A stretch of DNA of 49,144 nt. Source: Neolecta irregularis DAH-3 (lineage: Eukaryota). Shown here piece after piece: positions 38,656 to 49,144 of the stretch. Under the pieces are notes generated by a model that saw nothing but the letters and a program-made list of their open reading frames with translations, searched no databases and had not been told where the DNA came from. Both the position numbers and the translations under genes were made by a program. The stretch is taken from positions 1 through 49,144 of the forward strand of contig LXFE01000904.1 in assembly GCA_001929475.1 (NCBI GenBank), in the 5' to 3' direction. The first letter of the stretch is position 1. Every line of letters begins with the position of its first letter.

Positions 38656-41600
38656 ATGGCCGCCCGTGGAATCGCACCGTCGCTGTTTTTGTATTCGCTC
38701 ACCCTTTTACCGCCTTCAGCAGCAGTTCAAGCAGTCGTTGGCCAATTTTCCGGGTTAAAACATCAGGAAATCATCGTTGCTCGAGGTTCTTGTCTCGTAA
38801 TTCTGCGTCCGGATACAGCACTCGGAAAAGTCGTTTCAGTTCTATCTCACAATACATTCGGCATTATCAGATCACTCGCGGCATTCAAACTCACCGGATC
38901 CTCAAAAGGCATTTTCCCTCTATTTTTCTGTTCTAACCCAAAGACTTTCTCATCGTCGGCTCAGACTCGGGAAAAATTGTCATTCTCGAATATAAACCAG
39001 ACACAAATATCCTCGTCAAAGTTCATGAGGAAACATTTGGCAAATCTGGCGTTAGACGAGTCGTACCCGGCCAGTACTTTGCTTGCGATCCCAAAGGCCG
39101 TTCAGTCATGATCACCTCGATAGAAAAGAACAAGCTTGTATATGTATTGAACCGAGATGCCGCCGCCAATCTTACTATCAGCTCTCCTCTCGAAGCGCAC
39201 AAATCACATTCAGTTGTTTTTCACATCATCGGATTAGACGTGGGCTACGAAAATCCTATATTTGCAGCTCTCGAGGTGGATTATAGCGAAGTTGACCAAG
39301 ATCCTACCGGAAAAGCCTATCGAGACTTGAAAAAGGTACAAAACCACACCTTCACTATTAACCTCCAGACCCTCACCTACTACGAACTCGATCTCGGTCT
39401 GAACCACGTTGTAAAAAAATGGTCAGATGTTGTTGATAGGAATGCAAACATGCTACTCCAGGTTCCTGGCGGATCAGACGGACCATCGGGCGTTCTGGTG
39501 TGTACTGAAGATTTTATCGTCTATCGACACCAGAACAAAGGCTCTTTTAGGATACCAATACCTCGCAGATTCGGTGTCTATGAAGATCTAGACAAAAAAC
39601 AAATCATCGTCTGCGCAGTCATGCACAAAATGAGAGTATGCATCACTGAAATAGAATAAAATAAACTCACTCAATAGGGTGCTTTCTTCCTCCTCGTCCA
39701 AAATGAATACGGGGATCTCTTCAAAATAACCATCGATTATGACGACAACGGCGTCGAAGCAGTCAAAATCAAGTATTTCGATACCGTACCCGTAGCTACC
39801 AGTCTGTGCATCTTGAAATCAGGATTTCTTTATGTTTCTGCAGAAACAGGAAACCATATGCTTTATCAATTTGAAAAACTCGGAGACGATGACGACGAAA
39901 TCGAGTTTTCTAGTGCAGATTTCGATGAAGAAACCAAACCATACTTTAAACCACGGCCATTAGAGAATCTTCTCGCTGTAGACGAAACAGAAAGCATGAA
40001 TCCCATCATCGATGCAAAGGCATACAAATAACCCTTGATCACAAACCTAATCTTTAGGTTCTTAATCTAACCAACGAAGATGCTCCACAAATCTATGCCC
40101 TTTGTGGTAAAGGACATCGCTCGACATTCAGAATTCTAAGACATGGTCTTGATGTAAACGAACTTGTCGCCTCAGAACTTCCAGGTGTACCTACAGCCGT
40201 CTGGACCACAAAAATCCGCAAATCAGATGAATTCGACTCATACATCATTCTCTCATTCACCAATGGAACATTGATTTTATCCATTGGAGAGACAGTGGAA
40301 GAAGTAACAGATACCGGGTTTCTCTCATCAACGCCTACAATTGCAGTCCAGCAACTCGGCCAAGATGCACTTATTCAGATCCATCCAGGCGGCATCCGGT
40401 ATATCCGCGCAGACGGAAAAATCGTCGACTGGAAAGCTCCAGCTCAAAAAACTATCCAACAAGCTACCACGAATCAAAGACAAGTCGCGATCGCATTGAG
40501 TAGTGGAGAATTAGTGTACTTTGAATTGGACAGCGGAGAATTACAAGAATATCGGGAACGGAAACAGATGACTGGTGCCATCACTGCATTGAGCATTGGC
40601 GAAGTCCCAGAAGGAAGAGCAAGGAATAACTTTATGGTTTGTTGATCCGAGAACGATGTTGATTTTCAGGCTGTTGCGTGTGATGATAGTACTGTTCGAA
40701 TCATTTCTCTAGATCCGTCGAGTACTCTTGATTCTCTTGGCGTACAAGCTCTCAGTGCACCTGCAAGCTCACTCGTAATCATGGCGATGGTCGACGGAAG
40801 TGCAGAACGTGCTGTTAACAATATATATCTTCATATCGGTCTACAAAACGGGGTTTATCTTCGAACACTAGTCGATAGTGTTACTGCTCAACTAACCGAT
40901 ACGCGTCTTCGCTTCCTTGGATCAAAACCTATTCAGCTGTTCAAAGTCAAGGCACAAGGACAAGCTGCCGTTCTGGCGTTATCGTCACGGCCATGGCTAG
41001 GCTACAATTTAAACTCCTCTCTGAAGTTGACGCCTTTATCGTATGACCCGCTTGAATATGGATGGAGTTTCTCAAGCGAACAATGCCCAGAAGGCATGGT
41101 TGGTATTCAAGGCCAGTCATTAAGGTAGTGATACTTTGGAATGGACACTGACTCTAGAATCTTCACGGTCGAAAAATTAAGCGATAATCTTAAACAAGAT
41201 ACAATTTCCCTTTCACATACGCCACGAAGAATGGTCCAGCATCCTCACCAACCTATTTTTTACATTGTCGAATCAGACAATAAGACAATTTCACAATCAG
41301 TGAAAACCCGTCTTCTCGCCTCTAAACAAAACGGAGAAGCATTTGATCTTGCGCCAAAGGACTTTGGTTGGCCACAAGGCGGACCTGGGAGATGGGCATC
41401 GTGTATTCGAATTTTGGATCCTTTACTAAAACAAACTGTCTTGCAAGTCAACTTGGAGGAAGACGAAGCTGCCTTTTCAATCACTGTAACAACATTTAAA
41501 ACTCACGGTGACGATCTTTTCCTTGTTTTTGGAACTGCAAGTAAAGCTATTCTTGCTCCAAAGAGTTTTGCAGCCGCCCATCTTCACGTTTACAGACTGG

Positions 41601-42553
41601 CCCCCGATGGACGACAAATTGAATTTCTGCACAAGGTATTTTTTCTCATTAGACAATTGAATTTCTGACAAGGAGACTGAAGTGGACGATTTACCGACAG
41701 CTCTACTTCCCTTCCAAGGCCGACTTCTCGTGGGAGTAGGTCCATCCCTTCGAATCTATGATATTGGGCAAAAACGACTTTTACGGAAATGTGAACTTCG
41801 AGGTCCATTAACTTCGGTAGTCTCACTTCATACCCAAGGAAATCGAATCGTTATTGGCGACGTTGCAGATTCTGTTCATTTTGCAGTATACAAATACGCT
41901 GAAAACCGACTCGTGATTGTCGCGGATGATGAGGTTAGTCGATATACTTCAGCAACAGCAATGGTTGACTACGAAACTATCGCTGGAGGCGACAAATTTG
42001 GTAATTTCTGGCTTGTAAGATGTCCAGAACAAGCAACTAAAGAAGCCGATGAAGATCCAACGGCATCCCACCTCGTCAATGAGAAGCCATTTTTACACGG
42101 TGCACCATATCGGTTGAAGTCGCTTGCATCCTATTTCATAGGCGATATACCTACTTCAATGACTAAGACCTCCCTTGTTCCTGGTGGTCGAGAAATATTG
42201 TTGTATACAGGATTATCCGGATCAATCGGTATTTTTGTGCCATTTGTCAGTAAAGAAGACGTTGACTTTTTTCAACAATTGGAGATTCACATGAAGAGTG
42301 AGGAGCCTCCTCTTGCTGGTCGAGATCATCTTGCTTATCGAGGGTATTACAATCCTGTAAAAGGTTGTATCGACGGAGACTTGTGCGAGGTATCTGTCTT
42401 GTTTCTTTTCTACTACAGTTTTTCTAATTTTACAAGCGATATGGATTGTTGCCTCATGATAAGCAGCGGTTGATTGCAGGTGAACTCGACCGTACAGTTC
42501 AAGAAGTACAAAAGAAAATTGAAGATATGAGAGTTCGTGGTGTTGCATTTTAA
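38656..42553 (+). CDS. RSE1: U2 snRNP SF3b subunit Rse1/SF3B3, multi-exon
   Basis: [87 protein letters not shown]. Confidence 0.97.
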
Positions 42554-42655
42554 ACACAGACAAACTAAAAGTAAAATCCCCAAACCTTCCAGCTATGTAA
42601 ACTTATAATACAAAAACCAAAAATTTGGATGGTTTTTTTAGAAAGACAATCAATA

Positions 42656-44674
42656 TTAAAGCAAAGTACCATAAGTCCCGTCTGGCTTCTTCTTTGGACT
42701 TGCAGTGTGACTTGGAATTTTGTCCGTCTTTTGGTGTCTAGAGGATATGTAAGTCTCGAAGGGATGTAGGGTGGATAGATACTTGTATGTGAAACCTAGA
42801 AACGCACTTTTATTCAGTCCGCCCTCGCGATCTGCAAGTCGTTCAAGCGCAGCTTGTTTATCATGGACTTCTTTATACTTTAGCATATCCTCCGGACTTT
42901 CGAAATCGTCAAAATAACCGGCATCGGCTTCGTGCACTAGATCAGGAATGAATGGAGGAATCTAAAGGTCAAACTTCGTGTGATTCGAGAAAATTACCTC
43001 TTTTGTTCGAAGATGTTCCCAATCCAGAGAGGAAAAATATGGATGGTGCCTCAGTTCTTTCATATTCTTTACTCGTTCCTTGGAACTAGCAATCAAACAA
43101 TCACAGTTAATATTGTGTTCAGAGATGCGGGAAAAGTACCATGAAATCATACTCCAAGCATTATCAGTCAACTCGACTTCTGCATTCTCCAAAGTCGGTC
43201 TTCGAAAAACTCTTCTCCAATTCTTCAAATTCGCCCAAGTTTCATCTACAGAAGCCCCCGCGAACGGCGGCCCACCCGCCAGGCTTTCAAACAATATACA
43301 TCCAATACTCCAATAATCGACAGAGTAGTCATATTCGCGTCCTCGGAGGACTTCCGGGGCCATATAATCGGGACTTCCAACAATAGAGTATGCATAATTG
43401 ACATCAGCAGCCCGAAGGGACCGATACAATGTTCTTCGTTCCGCAAATGTTCGTTCCGGAAAAGACATATCTTCGACCTGCTTCAATTTCATCTTCATGC
43501 TTTCTATTCTCTTTGGATTCAAGATTCCCGCACTCAGCCCAAAGTCTGCCAATTTAACATGACCCGTTGAATCGATGAGAAAATTTTCCGGTTTGAGGTC
43601 ACGGTGTATATAACCAAGACGATGAAGATCATCTACTGCTGCAAGCATTTCCGCAGCGTAGAAGCGAGCATAGCTATCAGCCATGTGTGCTGTACTATTC
43701 AACAATGATCGAAAATCTCCACCAGGGACATATTCCTGAATAATTAGTACCGGCGGACATTAACCTATTACCATAGCGAGGTAAATACTAGCTTCATTTT
43801 GAAACGCATATAATAATTTGACCAACCAAGGTGACTTTGCAGCAGTCAAGATATCTCTCTCAGTCAAAACATGTCTGATCTAAAGAAATAAGTATTCATA
43901 TGTCAGGCAAAGATACCTCGTCCATCTTGTAAAGAACCTTCTTACTCATGACCTTTAAGGCACAAATTTCCCTGGTGTCTTTCTTCCTCGCCAAGAAAAC
44001 AGCACCATATCCACCTTGGCCAATCTGCGTCAATGTACAGAAATCACTATGATTCAATTTAACGCGTCGTTTACGAAGAGCAGCGCGTTCTCGGCCGCGA
44101 TAGTCTTTCCAGGCAGCAATCGCGTCAGGCTGTTTCATTCGATCGATATCCTTCTTTGCACGTTTTAATCGTTGATTTCGTTCATTCAAGTACTTAAGCA
44201 AATCGAAATAATAGTCAATAAAGTCTAGACCAGTCAGTATCAGATGATATCGAGACAAGTACATAATTCAGCAACGGTAGCTCGTCTTTTAGCCTCGGGT
44301 TTCGAAATCTTACTCAGTTCATCGAGGCTTAAGCCCTTTGTAGCATGAACGTCTCTCAAAGACGAAGGAGCAGGTTGTTCTGGTGACCGTTTGCCCGTAG
44401 GAATAGCAAAATAGTCATGATCTATGGTCTTGTCCTGCTTCTTTGGTGAAGGGGATGTCCCCTTGAAACGAATTGCCGAAATCCCTGAACTCATACTTTC
44501 CAATGCACTTGCCGTGGATGAAAGAAAGCCGAATTTAGAGGGCGACCCAGGAGTAGACAGTCCACTCGTCTGTTTTGAAATGCGTTTTGTAGGTGAAGAC
44601 GGAGTACAGAAATTCATCGACTGCGAATCCGCATGAGAAAAGAAGGACTCTTCAAACTTTGTAGGACTCGACAT
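42656..44674 (-). CDS. SID2: NDR-family kinase Sid2/Dbf2 (SIN/MEN), multi-exon
   Basis: GRERAALRKRR, GQGGYGAV, ICALKVM, HRDLKPENFLID, SIVGSPDYMAPEV, DAGYFDDF, hydrophobic motif FLGFTY. Confidence 0.93.
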
Positions 44675-45325
44675 TTAACGCGTGGTATTTATTTTGGGGT
44701 GGTTAGTCCGGGGATTCCTGATTCAAGCCATATAAACGCCTCACATGCCATTGATCTACGCCAAATATGTACAGTCCGATAAGGATATCCTGGTTAGAAA
44801 TATCGGTAAATAATGAATTATGAACGACACAAATGGAACAATCGTAAAATAGTTTCGACTGTGCGATGTACAATCTACTGATTGTCGGATGCAGCAACTA
44901 ATAATTCCACAGGTGTTGAAGGGAGGAAACAAGTATCGAAAGAAATATTCAACGCTATATTTATTCTCATACTTCAGGCTGTTCTTGTACATGAAATAGA
45001 TCTGCGGTAGGCCAGTCAACCACTTATATCTCAAGCATCGGATCAGGATAAACCGCTGTAGATCTTTTCGCCCTTTGAACCAATTTCCAAACCTTTTAAA
45101 ACATTGTTTTGCATGTAGTTTGCCCATTTGTATCTCGATTCATAGAATTGAACTCGCCATGGAGTCACCTGCTGACTTGCTTGCAATAGCGTCGTCGCAT
45201 CATTCAAAATTTAAACATACATTAATACACAGATTAATTCACAATATGATTTCGGCATGTAACTCGAGCAAGTCCAAATGTATAAAAGATAGAATCTCTA
45301 TCGTGGGCTGTAGTGGCAATACACC

Positions 45326-45334
45326 ATGACTCAT
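45326..45334. promoter_or_regulatory. Perfect Gcn4/CpcA (AP-1 type) site ATGACTCAT; second core GAGTCA at 45162-45167
   Basis: Exact consensus 20 bp upstream of the ATG of an amino-acid biosynthesis gene. Confidence 0.55.
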
Positions 45335-45354
45335 TCTCCAAACCAACTAGTGCT

Positions 45355-48300
45355 ATGGCCTCATCTCAAACGAAGAACATCGTAGTTCTGCCTGGCGATG
45401 GGTATTCTTGTCGTTAAATAGAGAAATTAAACTCAATATGCTAGTGTCGGTCCTGAAGTCATTGCTGAAGCACTCAAAGTTCTCAAAACTATTGAGCGAG
45501 TTCGACCAAACGTTTCCTTTAATGTCAATACTTTTATGATCGGAGGCGAAGCGATTGTATATGTTGTTCATACCATTGGCTCACTGGCGATAGGATGCGA
45601 CTGGATCGCCGCTACCTGATGATACTTTGAAAGCTGCCAAAGCTGCAGATGCAATTCTTCTCGGTGCAGTTGGCGGTCCAAAATGGGGGACCGGACCAAT
45701 CAGACCCGAACAAGGCCTTCTCAGGATTCGCAAAGAATTGGATGTATTTTCAAACATCAGACCATGCAATTTTGCCAGTGAAAGTTTGTTGGACTTTAGC
45801 CCTCTAAGGGAAGAAGTCGCCAAGGGCACAGACTTTACTGTCGTTCGAGAACTCGTTGGCGGTATTTATTTTGGAGAAAAGATTGAAGATGATGGATCGG
45901 GACATGGTATTATCTTCTACATAACATTACACTGAAGTGGTAGCCCGTGATATGATGCCATATAGCAAAGCAGAGATTGAGCGAATCACCCGAGTCGCAG
46001 CATTCCTTGCGATGAAGCAAAATCCACCTGCACGAATCCATTCTCTTGATAAAGGTATGATATCAGCTAACCACATTAAAATAATCTTTGTACAGCAAAT
46101 GTACTTGCCACCTCTCGATTGTGGAGAAAGACGGTCACCCAAGTCTTGTCAAAAGAATTTCCTCAAGTTAAGTTTGATCACCTCTTGATCGATAGCGCAG
46201 CTATGTTGGTCATCAAGAATCCCCGTGCATTGAACGGAATCATTCTCACTGAGAACATGTTTGGGGATATCATCAGTGACGAGGCCAGCGTCATTCCAGG
46301 CTCATTGGGACTTTTACCATCAGCTTCCTTGTCTGGAATCCCAGACGGAAAGAGTCGAACTAACGGAATTTACGAGCCTATTCATGGAAGCGCGCCTGAT
46401 ATCGCAGGAAAAGGAATCGTTAATCCTGTGGCTGCTATTTTGTCAGTTGCCATGATGTTACGATATTCTCTTGGACTTGCAAATGAGGCTCAAGCTATCG
46501 AAGATGCTGTTCGTAAAACCATCGATTCTCAAGAACTCTGCGGAGAAGGCATTCGCACAAAAGATATTGGTGGACAGTCGTCGACAAGTGAAGTCGGAAA
46601 TACAATCTGTACTGTCCTCGAAACATATCTTGAAGGTCTCAACTCGGCTGAGCGAGTTGACATAAAAGTACCCAGGGAGTTGACATCATCTCGACCGGCT
46701 GGGCGAAGACCGATGACTATCACAGAAAAGATTATAGCCCATGCTGCGATCAATCTCCCGCCGCCAGGAAATGTCAAACCGGGTGATATGGTCTGTGTGC
46801 ATGTTGACTGGACGTTGGCCTCTGAACTCACTTGGAAGGGGATGGAAAAGACTTACGACCAAATGAAACGGCCAAAGATCCACAGAAATGACAGATTTTG
46901 GCTTGCAATCGATCATACTGTTGATCCACGAACCTATCATCTTCCGAAAACTAAGAGTCTTGTTGAAGCTTCACTGAGCTTTTCCAAAGAAGCGAAACTA
47001 GTAGACTATCTTAGGCCGAATACCTCTATCCTTCACACGGAATTTTACCGCCAAAGAGCGCAACCTGGCCAAGTTATCATTGGAGCCGATTCGCATTCTT
47101 GCTCTGCTGGAGGTCTCGGAGCCTTTGCTGTAGGTCTCGGAGCAGCTGATGTGGTTATGCCTCTCGTCACTGGAGAAACTTGGTTTAGCGTCCCAGAGAC
47201 TTGCGAAATCAAGTTTATTGGAGAACCTCCTTTTGGAATTGGTGGTAAAGATACCATTCTCTACGTCCTTGGAGAGCTAAAACGAAACACTGTTGCTTTT
47301 GAACGGTCGGTAGAGTTTACTGGACCCGGATTAAAACATTTATCTTGCGATGCTCGATTTGCCATTGCGAATATGTCGACTGAATTCGGAGGTATCGCTG
47401 GTGTCGTGGAAGCAGATGAAATTACCGCAGCTTACATTTCTAAACGAACGAATCTAGCACACAAAAACAACGCGATATATTTTAGAGCAGATCCTGATGC
47501 CGAATACGCTGTGTCTTACACTATCGATCTCTCGAATGTTGAGAGTTTGGTCGCAGTCTATCCTAGCCCCGACAATGTTGTTTCCGTCGATGAAGCAGCT
47601 GATACTCCTCTTGATGGCTGCTTTATCGGAGCTTGTACAACTGCCGAAGAAGATCTAATTCTTGGAGCATTAGTTCTTGAAGCTGGGCTAAAGAATGGAA
47701 TGGTACCCATCTCCACGGGCCAACGCAGAGTAACCCCGGGGTCTCTCCCTATCCTTGCGAAGCTTCGAAAACTAGGGCTTTTGGCGGTCTATGAACGGGC
47801 TGGATTTACAGTTGGTGCTCCTGGATGTAGTTACTGCCTTGGTATCGCGGCTGATATTGCCGGTGAAGGAGAGGTTTGGCTTTCCTCTCAAAATCGAAAT
47901 TTCAAGAATCGAATGGGTAAAGGAAGTATTGGAAATCTTGCTTCTGCCGCGACCGTTGCAGCTTCTTCGTTCAATATGAAAATTGCCAATCCGCGGGTCT
48001 TGTTGGACTCTATCGACCGGGCACGATACTCTAGAATTCGCGAGGCTTGGTCTGAGGGAAATTTGCCCAAGATCACTATTTCCGAACCGATGCCTACACC
48101 TGTCGAGAATGCAAAACTGGAGGACGTTGTCGACAGTATTCAAAAGGTTTCCGATGGAGAGACCAAGCAGAAGAGGGTTATCAGTGGAAAGGTGCAACGA
48201 TTTGAAGAAAATGTAGATACCGATGCTATTATTCCTGCGCCTTTTATGCCTGGCAAGGATGGTATGTCATTTGATGAATTTCAGGATTCAAGTTCTAGAT

Positions 48301-48905
48301 CAGGATCTGGGGACACATTGTTTTGAATATTACAGACCAGAGTTTCGCCAGCGGGTCAAGGATGGTGCAACTATTGTGTACGTCTTGTACAATGTTAGTA
48401 TTGACTAGAAAGCGTCGCTGGTAATGGATTTGGATCCGGATCCTCACGGGAAGAGGCTCCGCGAGCGCTCATGGGAATTGGAGTGCAGTGTGTCATCGCA
48501 CCAGGTTATGCATTCATTTACGGACGAAATCAACTCAATATGGGACTTCTTGGGATTATTATCAAGGACGAGGAGTTTTATGAACTTTCCAAGGAAGGCG
48601 CTGTTGTCAGCATCGATCAAGATAATCTTGTCGTTACCGTTCAAGGCTTCGACAAAAAGTTTACCTTCAAGTTAACGGACTTTGAGCAAAAGCTGATTTC
48701 TGTAAGCATTTGGTCATTCTCCCCATTTTTGATAATTTCTCAGGGCGGTGGAGTTACGGCACTCTATGACAAATTCGAGAACCAGTTGTTTAGAAGTCTC
48801 TTGAGACCTGATGATAGTCAAATACAAGGCGGCTGTGGAAATGAAGTTGAGACAAGCAAAAGTGGTGATGGGTGTGGAGATACAAAACAAACGCTCGCTT
48901 GGTAA
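45355..48905 (+). CDS. LEU2: Fusion of 3-isopropylmalate dehydrogenase (Leu2/LeuB) with aconitase-family Fe-S large domain and swivel domain (LeuC/LeuD-like), 8 exons
   Basis: IPMDH motifs [49 protein letters not shown]; then in the same exon [51 protein letters not shown]. Confidence 0.92.
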
Positions 48906-49022
48906 AGGTGAACCATCTGTATAGTTAAGGCTGCGTTTGGCGCGCGCTAAATTTCATAAAATGTGGCTTTTAACAAATTGTAATTTTAGGCTCGCGTTTG
49001 GTGCGCTCCACATTTATATGTC

Positions 49023-49032
49023 NNNNNNNNNN
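49023..49032. other. Assembly gap (10 N)
   Basis: Run of n. Confidence 1.
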
Positions 49033-49144
49033 AGTCACCCAAGTCTTGTCAAAAGAATTTCCTCAAGTTAAGTTTGACCACCTCTTGATCGATAGCGCAG
49101 CTATGTTGGTCATCAAGAATCCCCGTGCATTGAACGGAATCATT
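49033..49144 (+). repeat. Second copy of LEU2-domain coding sequence (matches 46133-46244), truncated by the gap and the window end
   Basis: 112 nt matching except two positions (first base A vs G; GAC vs GAT). Confidence 0.95.

Noticed and set aside
1039-44674. Fragmented ORFs suggesting pseudogenes or frameshifting
   Set aside because: Breaks are resolved by short spliceosomal introns that restore conserved motifs
44677-44684. MCB box ACGCGT before SID2 (also 19781 before KAP95)
   Set aside because: Single hexamers very close to the start codons; not enough to call regulation

Overview
Eukaryotic, fungal DNA: a very compact ascomycete region with about 23 intron-containing housekeeping genes. 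Introns are mostly 33-45 nt and intergenic gaps are often under 110 bp. The gene set and architecture suggest an early-diverging ascomycete (Taphrinomycotina/Neolecta-like), which is inference only. Gene order: RRG7-like, BST1, IRC3, MCH1-like MFS, AreB/Dal80-type GATA factor, LSB6, APC4, PAN3, LSM7, KAP95, DUF2015 protein, PET127, GC-rich PH-like orphan, DHR1, MET8, TMS1, MED21, APC10, PSD1, GID4, RSE1, SID2/DBF2, and a LEU2-aconitase fusion. Main observations: (1) one gene fuses 3-isopropylmalate dehydrogenase to an atypical LeuC/LeuD-type Fe-S isomerase, has a perfect Gcn4-type site upstream, and has a diverged second copy of its LEU2 part after an assembly gap; (2) splicing looks very permissive, with about ten GC donors, one GA-AG intron, two candidate GT-TG introns and a 9-nt microexon; (3) a TTCGGAT motif recurs in small bidirectional promoters. 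Exon boundaries were worked out by eye and gene names come from recognised motifs, not from database searches.
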